Origin: a virus
IMG/VR virus record: IMGVR_UViG_3300025949_000023
Span: 8,044-72,043 of that record
Strand: one strand, 5' to 3'
Length of the DNA stretch: 64,000 nucleotides
This document shows positions 19,712 to 30,078 of the stretch, in pieces; positions within the stretch are counted from its first letter, which is position 1, and every line of letters starts with the position of its first letter. The position numbers were made by a program, and so were the translations under genes. Below the pieces are notes generated by a model, which saw only the letters and a list, made by a program, of their open reading frames with translations, did no database searches and was not told the origin of the DNA.

Positions 19712-20506
19712 TTATGGTTTTAATCCTAAACTTTGCGCTTCTACCGCTTGCTGGTAAGCATCCTGCAGCCTGAATGGCTTATACATCCTTTTTGCAAGGC
19801 TTAATTGTGATTTAAACATATTCGCACGCATCTGAATGTTTGCGTTACCTACGTGGCCGGTAGCTGGCATATACGCTATATCCTGGTACCCCAGCCATGC
19901 TATCATCGCCTCCTGAAACTGTAAGGGTATCGCGTAATCATCATTCTGCTCGGGGCTGCTTAAATACTCAATAATGATGTTCGGGTATTGAAAGTTGGGG
20001 TTAAGGACAATAACCCTATTGGCCATATCCACCCTGCACTCGCCCGGCTGCACCAGGTGTGAGCCTGCACCAAACCGCTGCGCATAACCCGAAAGGCCGC
20101 TCCATCCAAAACCTTGTACGCCGGTAAACTGGTTTATATCAAACCAGCAATCACTGGTAAGTATCTGCTGCACTTCCGGCGTAATATCCGTAAGCCTGTT
20201 GGCTGAATTATCTTTATACGTTGTCAGGTCATTGTTCACACGCAAAGTAGCAAGCTCGCCACCATAGTTAAAATACCCTATTTTAATCCACTGTATGAGG
20301 TCTACGGGCAGCAAAGCGGTTTTATTGGCGCCTACCACCAATTGCGTTGTAATAGGCTCCCAAAACGCATTCAAGCCCATTTGGATAAAAGCCCTGAAAG
20401 CTATACGCCAAAAGCGCAAAAACTCACCTTCGTTCTGCTTTGAAGCTTCCGAATACATGAAGATTATATCTTTCAGTTTTATCTTATCGTTTATTGGTGC
20501 TGGCAT
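19712..20506 (-). CDS. Tail tubular/ring protein
   Basis: 264 aa; LPVDLIQWIKI and IIIEYLS...IP..FQEAMIAW pattern of crAss-like ring proteins; synteny. Confidence 0.65.
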   Translation of the reverse strand: MPAPINDKIKLKDIIFMYSEASKQNEGEFLRFWRIAFRAFIQMGLNAFWEPITTQLVVGANKTALLPVDLIQWIKIGYFNYGGELATLRVNNDLTTYKDNSANRLTDITPEVQQILTSDCWFDINQFTGVQGFGWSGLSGYAQRFGAGSHLVQPGECRVDMANRVIVLNPNFQYPNIIIEYLSSPEQNDDYAIPLQFQEAMIAWLGYQDIAYMPATGHVGNANIQMRANMFKSQLSLAKRMYKPFRLQDAYQQAVEAQSLGLKP

Positions 20507-20509
20507 ACG

Positions 20510-21184
20510 TTATGGTTGTTCTGTAATATGAGGTGAGCCGTCGTTTACATTATCCCTTGGCTTGCTTTCTTTAGCCGTTAATTTCTGTACCACCATGTCG
20601 AATATCATACTTAGCGCATCATCAGGTACATTCATTATATCATCGGCGCTGCCGGTAGCCGTCCTTGTTGAAAGCATCGGCACCCGTATAGAAAGGTCGG
20701 CGCCAATCAAGTCAAAAGCCTGCGTATTTAAAAATAGTGTGCTTCCTTCCACCCATCCGTACACACCAAAGTTTGGTGTGGCTATTCTATCATAAAATCC
20801 TTTTTGGTACGGGTTTACCCAAATTACAGGGAAACTTACCTGGCCCTGCTTAGCAAATGTTATTGACTGCAGGCTTATACCCAGCGGCAAACCAACCGGT
20901 GGCGAAGGCAGTGTTAATGAATAATAACCAGTGTCTTTATCCTGAGACATATCCGCACCGGTAAACTTATAAGTTGTAATAAAACCCTCCGGCACCGAGC
21001 GTATTCCCACTTCTTGGAAAGCCCTCTCAGACATTTGAGCAATGACGGCACCTATACATTCGTATGTATACATCCCAATATCATTATCTGTAAGGTCGAA
21101 TTTTACATCGCTCCAGTTGTTTTGCAGGAATTTCTTAACCCTGTCAAAAAACTGCCCAAATGTGGATGTGCCTATTATTGCCAT
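20510..21184 (-). CDS. Ring/adaptor protein
   Basis: 224 aa; synteny within the ring-gene trio; LTLPSPPVGLP and VPDDALSMI. Confidence 0.55.
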   Translation of the reverse strand: MAIIGTSTFGQFFDRVKKFLQNNWSDVKFDLTDNDIGMYTYECIGAVIAQMSERAFQEVGIRSVPEGFITTYKFTGADMSQDKDTGYYSLTLPSPPVGLPLGISLQSITFAKQGQVSFPVIWVNPYQKGFYDRIATPNFGVYGWVEGSTLFLNTQAFDLIGADLSIRVPMLSTRTATGSADDIMNVPDDALSMIFDMVVQKLTAKESKPRDNVNDGSPHITEQP

Positions 21185-21187
21185 GGT

Positions 21188-21862
21188 TTATTCTCCCTGT
21201 TTAATGGTGTGCTCCCCGTATTGTACCAGTTGCTCCTCAGTAAAGCTTATACCTACCAGCCTGCACGTCCTGGCCATTATCTCGTCATTGCTCATATCAT
21301 CCCATAATGGCTGTACGCTGCCTGCGGGGTCGTACACCGGCCTGCCGTTTACTGTTGTGTAATTCCACACTACATCTGGTGGGTAAACATAATAACTGGC
21401 TTTTATCGTAGATATATATCCTTCGGGGTAAACATGCCAGCCAGTATCTTCTTCCACATAAAATGGTTTACTGGTAGGCGTCATAGGGTCAATGCGTGAA
21501 TTAATACGCCCCGGCAATTTTGTGTCGTCAATTCTTTCTATTCCCCTGCCGGTAGAATCAGTCATTAAAGCAAGGAATTTAAAACCTGTTGGGTAAGGGG
21601 CGATATTAGCTGTTACGGCAATTACTTCATTACTTACCTTGAAAGGCGTTAGGTCGGCGGCAATCTTACTGTCCATGCCCAGCGCAACACGCGGTACAGG
21701 TTTTCCATATTGAAACTGCTGCACCTTTCCCAATAAAAAGTCGTAATAATACCGCTGCGAAGTGTTGTAGGCAAGCATATACTCCTGTGGCGTTACCTGC
21801 CCAATCTGGTTCTTTCGAGCCATGAATTGTAAAAAAAGGTAGTTACTATTAACGTTCGCCAT
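21188..21862 (-). CDS. Ring/head-tail adaptor protein
   Basis: 224 aa; KNQIGQVTPQEYMLAYN and YYVYPPDVVWNY pattern of crAss-like first ring protein. Confidence 0.6.
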   Translation of the reverse strand: MANVNSNYLFLQFMARKNQIGQVTPQEYMLAYNTSQRYYYDFLLGKVQQFQYGKPVPRVALGMDSKIAADLTPFKVSNEVIAVTANIAPYPTGFKFLALMTDSTGRGIERIDDTKLPGRINSRIDPMTPTSKPFYVEEDTGWHVYPEGYISTIKASYYVYPPDVVWNYTTVNGRPVYDPAGSVQPLWDDMSNDEIMARTCRLVGISFTEEQLVQYGEHTIKQGE

Positions 21863-21888
21863 AAAAAAAGGGAGCTGTTATGCTCCCT
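21863..21888 (-). terminator. Intrinsic terminator after groEL, abutting the next ATG
   Basis: AGGGAGC-ATAACA-GCTCCCT-TTTTTT directly followed by ATG (21862). Confidence 0.7.
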
Positions 21889-21920
21889 GTAAAAATATGA
21901 ATAAATTATAAACTTAAAAT

Positions 21921-23534
<1,614 letters not shown>

Positions 23535-23543
23535 TTATTGAAG

Positions 23544-24467
23544 CTATTTATCCGTAACCAGCAAAATCTCCCTTTCAAACAGCACAAGGTATTCTTCGCC
23601 GTCCACCACTACTTTAGCGCCTGCATTTTTACCGAAATGCGCGGTATCGCCGACTTTTGCCTCCATTGGTATTAATTCGCCTGTGCCGGTAGCGCGTTCG
23701 CCTGGACCTACCGCAATCACCTTGCCCTGCAGTACTTTAATATCCGCATTGCCTGGCACTACAAATCCGCCTGCTGATTGCGCAGGTGCTGTATCTGGTT
23801 TTACTAAAACCTTGTCTCTAAGTACTTTTTTCTTTGAACTCATATACATGCGTGTTAATCCGAATAACGGATGGTTTGTTAATCTTCTGCCTGCTTTTAT
23901 ATATGTACCAACCACGTCCTCGTTTGTAACAACCACCTGCCTGCGCACTTCATTATTCCACTGGTAAACAACTTCGTAGTCTGCATATTTGTAAACTATA
24001 ATCGTGTCGTTCCGGCAAATATCTTCAAAATCGCTGGCCACCACCTTCATTAAGTTGTCCTCGGTTTTCCGGCTGGCATCCGTTACGCCTTCAACCATTG
24101 GCACTTCTATTCGTTCGCAAATAAGATTTTTATTCAGCGGGCGCAGGTCGCCATCTTCGTCAACGAAAGAAAGAATCCACCTATCATAAGGCAAAACACT
24201 GGTACGTATGCCGTTTTCTGTTTTTACCAAAAACTCCTGGTCGAAGATAAGGTTGTGGTGTACTACTACGTATTTGCCTATTAAATGCTCAGGAACGCCA
24301 GTGCCTACCTGTTTAACCAATCCTACTACTGGCTGCGTCTCCCTGTTATTTGTGTCATACAAGTGCCTGTTGGGCACAATATGAAACGTTACGCCATTTT
24401 CAAACGTATAAGATTGTTTTTGCTCAAGTGAGCTTTCAATAAGTATCGTGCCGCGTAGTGGTGTCAT
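23544..24467 (-). CDS. groES: Co-chaperonin with three tandem GroES-like domains
   Basis: 307 aa. The C-terminal ~100 aa are canonical (LRDKVLVKP...SAGGFVVP...GKVIAVGPG...KVGD...DGEEYLVLFEREIL). Two upstream divergent repeats begin TPLRGTILIE and LRPLNKNLICE. Confidence 0.85.
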   Translation of the reverse strand: MTPLRGTILIESSLEQKQSYTFENGVTFHIVPNRHLYDTNNRETQPVVGLVKQVGTGVPEHLIGKYVVVHHNLIFDQEFLVKTENGIRTSVLPYDRWILSFVDEDGDLRPLNKNLICERIEVPMVEGVTDASRKTEDNLMKVVASDFEDICRNDTIIVYKYADYEVVYQWNNEVRRQVVVTNEDVVGTYIKAGRRLTNHPLFGLTRMYMSSKKKVLRDKVLVKPDTAPAQSAGGFVVPGNADIKVLQGKVIAVGPGERATGTGELIPMEAKVGDTAHFGKNAGAKVVVDGEEYLVLFEREILLVTDK

Positions 24468-24638
24468 TTATTTCTTTTTTGCTTTCTTCTCTGCTGCCCT
24501 CCTTTCCTTCCTGTTGGGGAATGAGCCGGTTACTGTTGTTGTGCCTGGCAAAAACTCTTTTGTGCTGCCAAAAAATGGAACATTCTTTTGAGGCAGTTCT
24601 TCGTTTTGTACAAGTTCTGCCGTATGTTTCTTTTCCAT
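24468..24638 (-). CDS. Small basic protein (56 aa; not in ORF track)
   Basis: MEKKHTAE...PNRKERRAAEKKAKKK*; fills the gap between the GT2 stop and the groES ATG exactly. Confidence 0.55.
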   Translation of the reverse strand: MEKKHTAELVQNEELPQKNVPFFGSTKEFLPGTTTVTGSFPNRKERRAAEKKAKKK

Positions 24639-24640
24639 GG

Positions 24641-25417
24641 TTAAAATTTATCAAACTCAGGATTTCGCTCGTCTACCCATTTCTGCATCACGGCTGGATG
24701 TTTGAAATCAATCGGCACCACATCTGCTGGTGTAAAACCGGCATTCCATGGGTCAAACTTTTCAACCCCATCAACTCTTGTGTCATGTGGTATTTGGAAT
24801 ATTTCGTCTTGAATGTGTTTAATCTTAACGATATGCTTTGCCCTCGAACGAACAAAGCCATAATGCACGATTTTTATTTCATCCACAAAATGGTCTCTCG
24901 CGTCAGAAAGTTGGCTTTCACCATCCCCTATACTGGGATAAAAAGTGCGTGAAAGACGAATGATATGGGTACCCACCGGGCTTCTGTTTTCAGGCACATT
25001 AAGACGGTGGTAACAGTCCCCCCACAGGTTCACCCGGGTAACATAAAACCCCTCCTCATTTGTCTTTATAGCGCGTTTAATGGCATCGTAGCTGCTGGGC
25101 AAGCATATTTCATCAGATTGAAGGAGAAAGTACCAGTCATACCCATCTGCATTTGCCTTCCGTTGAAGTTGATTTTGAAAATATGATAACTTTTCACGGC
25201 CCTGCTGGGAATCCCATTCATCTTTTGTTATAAGATATAACTTAACCCTGTCATTACTTTTAAATTCAAGGTGCAATATATCTGCCGTTCCATCTTCACC
25301 ACCAGCGCCTACATAAACCATATCGCAAAATTCAAGAAGGCTGTTTACAGTCTCTATGAAATTGTAGTCCTGCGAAATGCCACGATAGCAAAAAGTAACG
25401 CCTGCTAACTTTTTCAT
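24641..25417 (-). CDS. GT-A (GT2-like) glycosyltransferase
   Basis: FIETVNSLLEFCD, GGEDGTADIL, WYFLLQSDE (DxD-like) and IVHYGFVR; probable start MKKLAG at 25417. Confidence 0.8.
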   Translation of the reverse strand: MKKLAGVTFCYRGISQDYNFIETVNSLLEFCDMVYVGAGGEDGTADILHLEFKSNDRVKLYLITKDEWDSQQGREKLSYFQNQLQRKANADGYDWYFLLQSDEICLPSSYDAIKRAIKTNEEGFYVTRVNLWGDCYHRLNVPENRSPVGTHIIRLSRTFYPSIGDGESQLSDARDHFVDEIKIVHYGFVRSRAKHIVKIKHIQDEIFQIPHDTRVDGVEKFDPWNAGFTPADVVPIDFKHPAVMQKWVDERNPEFDKF

Positions 25418-26007
25418 TCTATTACCTCCATTTCTTTTGCCCAAGGTTTTGTTTCAAGTTCTGCCTGCACGCGGTCAAATTCTTCCTGCAGGTTATAGCA
25501 GCGCATGCCAAACCAGGCCCCGATACCTAAAGTCGGGTGGTAAACAGGAAATACAATATGCATCCATTCGTCAGAAAGGTCTCGTGGTGTCCAAAGGCTA
25601 TGATGCGCCTCCGGGTCAATATTATCTTCCGGCGCTTTCATCCACCAATCAAGTGGCGTAAAAATAATCTGCTTGTTGCTTCTTTTTTTCATCAGGTTAA
25701 GCAACCTGAAACCATCCATCTTTTTAAGATGTTCTATTCCGTCCAGGCAAAAAGAAACGTCGTAATACTTACCTGTTTTTTGAAGATATTCCAGTACATC
25801 GGCCTGCACAAAATGCTCTTGCTCCTCTCCAATATCCCGTTTTAATATATCAACATACCAACGGTGTTTAAATCCAAGCTTACGGGTATGGGGACAAAGA
25901 TTGCTACACAAATCCACCATGTCAAATCTTTCTTTGCCAACCATTGCATTAAGGCAATCTGTATAAACCTCGTCGTTGCCGTTTACTGTTGGGAATGTTA
26001 TTGTCAT
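25414..26007 (-). CDS. Class I SAM-dependent methyltransferase-like protein
   Basis: 197 aa; MVDLCS (degenerate motif I), YVDI, VQADV, YDVSFCLDGIEHL, IIFTP. Confidence 0.7.
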   Translation of the reverse strand: MTITFPTVNGNDEVYTDCLNAMVGKERFDMVDLCSNLCPHTRKLGFKHRWYVDILKRDIGEEQEHFVQADVLEYLQKTGKYYDVSFCLDGIEHLKKMDGFRLLNLMKKRSNKQIIFTPLDWWMKAPEDNIDPEAHHSLWTPRDLSDEWMHIVFPVYHPTLGIGAWFGMRCYNLQEEFDRVQAELETKPWAKEMEVIE

Positions 26008-26534
26008 AGTTCGCTAAATTCTTGTTTTGTAATTGTTTTCATACAACCAGGACCTCGGCCAACATCTTCGGTTGACTTTATGGGGTATATCTGCACACCT
26101 TGTGTGGTTTCAACATAAAAAACATCAATCCCTTTATATGTTTTATAACCTTGCTGGGTCGTTTGACTAACCTGTCTTTCAAATTCAATAGTTATGCTTT
26201 CTTTTTTCAAAGGACACCAATCAGGGGTAATTGGGTTGTAGTTTTTATCGCCTTCAATTTTTGGCTCAAATACATAAACATTGCCAATAGTGCAGCCGTC
26301 CACTACCTGTACCCTGTCGTCAAACACACTCCCGCTGCCATTAAAATAACCGGCTCTATATTTATTATATTCCTCCTGCGTCAATTCCGGTTTGATAAAA
26401 TTATCTCTCCCCACAATCCCTACATATTGCTTTATATCAACCGGTCTGTCAGGGTGATGGCAGTAAAGTTCATATTCATCACCCGTGCCATCATATAAAG
26501 GGCAATTAACGCAACCCGTTATTGTTTTTGTCAT
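26004..26534 (-). CDS. Cys-rich hypothetical protein (putative Zn-binding)
   Basis: CVNCP...CHHP...PDWCPL. Confidence 0.5.
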   Translation of the reverse strand: MTKTITGCVNCPLYDGTGDEYELYCHHPDRPVDIKQYVGIVGRDNFIKPELTQEEYNKYRAGYFNGSGSVFDDRVQVVDGCTIGNVYVFEPKIEGDKNYNPITPDWCPLKKESITIEFERQVSQTTQQGYKTYKGIDVFYVETTQGVQIYPIKSTEDVGRGPGCMKTITKQEFSEL

Positions 26535-27937
26535 AAAATACTTTTAATTACTTCTACTATATCATAAGCCGTATGTTGAGTACAACGCGGTATTTCGTCG
26601 CCCATAAGGCACTGTACGCCGCGGGTTCCCACTTCGGAATGGTAGCAGCCCTGTTTTACACAAAAGCCTTGTATGACGCTTAAATTATCAAAATCGCTGT
26701 ACCTCAGTTCGGGTGTTACGCTCCCAAAAAAACCTATACACTTAACGCCTAAAGCTATGGCCACCTGCAAAGGGAAACTGTCTGTACCTATAAAAATATC
26801 AGCCCCGCCAATCATGTAATTCAGCATTTCGTAGTTATGGGTGTTGATATGCGTTCCGAATTGTTTTCCTGCACCTTTTCCCACCTGCAACACCATATAT
26901 CCCTTTCCGGTCAAAAACGCAAACACCTGCAGCCAGTCCCGTTGGCTCACTGCAATGTTTCGCCAGGGCATGTCCGTATCGTCAATATGTACCACCGCGT
27001 ACTTGCCAAATAGTTTTGCATGCGGCGGGCAGTAGCTTGTTAGCTGGCTGTTTTTCATTTCGCCATCTTCGATACCCGCTGCCTCGTAATAGGATTTTAA
27101 AACGGGTTGCTGCGGCTTGCTTTCGTAGGCCATATCCAAGCCTATAAACTTAACACCAGGTGCCGTAAGCAGCTCTATGCGCGTCTGCGTAATATGTTTC
27201 ACGGGAAACCTATGGTGTTTAAATGGCTCCCAAAACTGTATAGGTGTATCAAGCACCGGCTGGTACCCGTCATTCCAAAGTCTTTCAAGCAGCGGCTCTG
27301 TCATTATCACATCACCGGCAGCAGCCTGCCGTGTTACTATTGCATGCGGCCTGTAAGGTTGGTGGTAGTATTGGTGAAATCCAAAAGTAGGATGCAGTGG
27401 CTCAATAAGCTCGTAAGAAAACTTCTGTGCGACTTCTACCGGAGCGAACTTATACCCCACTGTTTCAAGGTATTTACCATACAGCCGGCAAGTAATTTCA
27501 TCTTCTGGATGCGTTATAGCGATATGCTGGTCAATCCTTAACCAATACATTAGCTCTTTGCTCCGCAGGCTGAAACCACCATTGCCTACTGAATTATTAT
27601 CGTTGTATGGCCACGGGGCGCCAATATAATCATACTGTAAAAATTCATCACTCCATTGCTTTCCGTCAAGCACGTAGCCGTCATGCTGAATAATAAGCAC
27701 ATGCTCGGTAAACACCCACTTACAAAGTTCTTTTACAACAAAGCGTGAATAATCCTCTTTGCTTTTTAACGCATCAATCTTCCCTATATATACACCAGGA
27801 ATTGGCAATTCAATATCTGTAAAAAAAATAGTCTTGGCAGGCTGTATTTGCTCCAAAGAGCGCCTTATTGCCTTCATAGCACCTGCATGGTGTTTAGTGT
27901 CTATACACACCATTGTTACTGTTGGGAGATTAATCAT
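26531..27937 (-). CDS. Two-domain glycosyltransferase: DUF5672-like GT-A domain fused to a GT9 (heptosyltransferase-like) GT-B domain
   Basis: LIIQHDGYVL, YDYIGAPW, VGNGGFSLRSK, PED and FGFH in the N-half; AAGDVIMTEPLL and ADIFIGTDSFPLQVAIALG in the C-half; probable start MINLPTV at 27937. Confidence 0.8.
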   Translation of the reverse strand: MINLPTVTMVCIDTKHHAGAMKAIRRSLEQIQPAKTIFFTDIELPIPGVYIGKIDALKSKEDYSRFVVKELCKWVFTEHVLIIQHDGYVLDGKQWSDEFLQYDYIGAPWPYNDNNSVGNGGFSLRSKELMYWLRIDQHIAITHPEDEITCRLYGKYLETVGYKFAPVEVAQKFSYELIEPLHPTFGFHQYYHQPYRPHAIVTRQAAAGDVIMTEPLLERLWNDGYQPVLDTPIQFWEPFKHHRFPVKHITQTRIELLTAPGVKFIGLDMAYESKPQQPVLKSYYEAAGIEDGEMKNSQLTSYCPPHAKLFGKYAVVHIDDTDMPWRNIAVSQRDWLQVFAFLTGKGYMVLQVGKGAGKQFGTHINTHNYEMLNYMIGGADIFIGTDSFPLQVAIALGVKCIGFFGSVTPELRYSDFDNLSVIQGFCVKQGCYHSEVGTRGVQCLMGDEIPRCTQHTAYDIVEVIKSIL

Positions 27938-28145
27938 TGGATTCCTCCAGTATTGTTGAAGGTTCTTTATCCATGCTTTTAGCGATAGCCTCAACCGCTT
28001 TCCAGGTAGTAAGAGAAACAGATGAACGCATGATGGCAGACTTAACGCCACCTTCTCCTACGCCCATAAATGGTGCTATCTGTTTCTGCAAATCAGGATT
28101 TTTATGCAGATAGTTTAAAGCCTCAATTGTTAAATGTGTTGCCAT
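27930..28145 (-). CDS. Small Cro-like HTH protein
   Basis: 71 aa; LQKQIAPFMGVGEGGVKSAI helix-turn-helix pattern. Confidence 0.5.
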   Translation of the reverse strand: MATHLTIEALNYLHKNPDLQKQIAPFMGVGEGGVKSAIMRSSVSLTTWKAVEAIAKSMDKEPSTILEESND

Positions 28146-28338
28146 GTACTTTAATTAAAGCCAGCACTTACGCGGCTGGCTTACGGTGTAGTATATTCTT
28201 CTCTGTCATTCATTGGCTCATACAACACTTCTATTGCCTTTGACGGAGCATGCGGTCTGCATAGTCTTGCATGCGTTGGTTTTTCGGCTCTTTGCAGCCT
28301 AACCGGCCCTGATTTGTCCGGCACCCTGTATAAGATTG

Positions 28339-28413
28339 CAGAACGTACGGGTGTCGAACCCGTTTGAATGCTCCCGTGACAGGGGAGTGGCCTAACCGTT
28401 AGCCCAACGTTCC
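28339..28413 (-). tRNA. tRNA-Asp(GTC), CCA not encoded
   Basis: Acceptor GGAACGT/ACGTTCT; anticodon stem CTCCC/GGGAG with loop CT-GTC-AC; T arm ACGGG-TTCGACA-CCCGT; G discriminator. Confidence 0.85.
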
Positions 28414-28480
28414 AAAAAAGAGCGACGGAAAAAATTTAAAAACCGCCGCCCTTCATTTATACCTAAACTGCTTGCGGAAA

Positions 28481-28522
28481 CAAACGTAAAATGAAATTCA
28501 CTAATAAAAAAATTTATCTTTG
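28481..28522. promoter_or_regulatory. Divergent Bacteroidota-type promoters
   Basis: TACGTTTG on - (28481-28488, toward the tRNA/GT/groEL operon) and TATCTTTG on + (28515-28522). Confidence 0.6.
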
Positions 28523-28549
28523 CATTTTATTGCAATATCTTTATCGGGT

Positions 28550-28993
28550 ATGAAGAAAAAAGACAAACCACCAGTTGAGAATACAGAAGTTCAAGATGCT
28601 GTATTTGAGCAACCGACCGACCCTAAGACGTATGACGAATGCACTACAGATGCACAGCGACTAAGTTTCTTAAATGCTGTTGTGGGCGCTCAAATGGCTG
28701 AGATTTCAGAGCTAAAGCAGATTAAGCAGGACTACGAGAATGATGCCATCTACAGCATGTACTTCGCCACCAACCGAAAAGCAAACCACTGGGCCAGGAT
28801 GATTAACGGACTGGATATTTCTATACCCGCGCAGGCAAAACAGTATATGGATATGCTTAAAAACCAGGATGTGATTGCCGCCTCACTGAATAAAATGCGT
28901 AGGGAGTACTTGAAGCTGGATGAATCTGAATTGGCAAAGGCCGAGGAGAAAGGTGTTCCGCTTATTGAGCAACAGGGTAAGAAACAAAAATGA
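28550..28993 (+). CDS. Helical protein, possibly terminase small subunit
   Basis: ~147 aa coiled-coil from MKKKDKP; no other TerS candidate seen; assignment tentative. Confidence 0.35.
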   Translation: MKKKDKPPVENTEVQDAVFEQPTDPKTYDECTTDAQRLSFLNAVVGAQMAEISELKQIKQDYENDAIYSMYFATNRKANHWARMINGLDISIPAQAKQYMDMLKNQDVIAASLNKMRREYLKLDESELAKAEEKGVPLIEQQGKKQK

Positions 28994-29823
28994 TAAAGAT
29001 GGCATACGTTTATAGACATATTCGATTAGATACAGGGAAACCGTTTTATATTGGCGTTGGTAAGGATGAAAATGGTAAATACTCTCGTGCGCATAGCCAT
29101 CAAAACAGAAACAATCACTGGTATGGTGTTGTAAAAAAACACGGCTACGAAGTTGAAGTTTTAATTGATGGGCTAACTTATGAGCAAGCTATTGAGAAAG
29201 AATTTGAATTTATTGCTTTGTACAAAAGGGTGTTGGATGGGGGTACTTTAGTAAACCTGTCTCTTGGAGGCGGTGGCACTCTTGGGGTATATCCTTCTGA
29301 CGAGACAAGACTTAAGCAAAGTTTAGCTAAAAAAGGAAGGCCATCGCCATTGAAAGGTATTCCTGCTACTCCTGAAAAAGTTCAGCATTTAAAACAGTTC
29401 TGTTTTAAGAAAGGTCAAGAAAGTTGGGTAAAAGGTAAAAAAATGCCACCAGGAATGGCTGAAAAGTGCAGTAAAATAAAAAAAGCTTTTTACGCAGATA
29501 AACCGGGCCCGCGTACAGGCAAAAAAAATTCAGAAGAATCCTTAAGAAAGATGAGGGAGACTAAAGCTAAAAACCCCCAAAAGGCTTGGAATAAAGGTAA
29601 ACGACCTTCTAATGAAACCATAGCTAAAATAATGGCTACAAGGAATTTTAAAGTTGTTTACCAGCTTGATTTAAATAGGAAGCTTATTAAAGAGTGGCCT
29701 TCAGTATCAGAAGCAGCAAGAGATATGCACATTCGAAAAGGGCATATCTCTAACTGTTGCCTTGGTAGATTAAATACCTACAAAGGATTTATTTGGAGCT
29801 ATTCTAAGCCTGAAACAGGTTAG
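28990..29823 (+). CDS. Free-standing GIY-YIG homing endonuclease with NUMOD3/NUMOD1 repeats
   Basis: AYVYRHIR...PFYIGVG, NLSLGGGG, SDETRLKQSLAKKG, AWNKGK and VYQLDLN..IKEWPSVSEAAR...YKGFIW. Confidence 0.85.
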   Translation: MIKMAYVYRHIRLDTGKPFYIGVGKDENGKYSRAHSHQNRNNHWYGVVKKHGYEVEVLIDGLTYEQAIEKEFEFIALYKRVLDGGTLVNLSLGGGGTLGVYPSDETRLKQSLAKKGRPSPLKGIPATPEKVQHLKQFCFKKGQESWVKGKKMPPGMAEKCSKIKKAFYADKPGPRTGKKNSEESLRKMRETKAKNPQKAWNKGKRPSNETIAKIMATRNFKVVYQLDLNRKLIKEWPSVSEAARDMHIRKGHISNCCLGRLNTYKGFIWSYSKPETG

Positions 29824-30044
29824 GCATTAGCCAGTGTTCGTATTGCGCTCACTGTCTCAGAACAACCATAAATAAACCCGTTTGCCAGTGTTATTTGGCT
29901 ATACAGGTGGTAAATATTATTGCCGAGGTAAGGGCCAACATTATTAATTTCAGCAGGTGAAATAAGCAGATATTTAGGCGTTTGTGGTACGTTGCCGGGG
30001 TTGCCATTTATTTCATATACTGACACCTGGAATAACTGAGCCAT
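29820..30044 (-). CDS. Small protein with FlbD-like pattern and its own promoter
   Basis: 74 aa; LLISPAEINNV...SQITLANG..Y.CSETVSAI; TATATTTG -7 element at 30064-30071. Confidence 0.45.
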   Translation of the reverse strand: MAQLFQVSVYEINGNPGNVPQTPKYLLISPAEINNVGPYLGNNIYHLYSQITLANGFIYGCSETVSAIRTLANA

Positions 30045-30078
30045 AGTTTTAAATTTTAATTCTCAAATATAAAATAAA

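Noticed and set aside
24436-24654. 72-aa ORF from the track
   Set aside because: It overlaps both neighbours; the alternative frame 24468-24638 fits the gap exactly
28990-29823. Group I intron around the GIY-YIG gene
   Set aside because: Flanking genes are complete and abut it; there is no room for an intron core
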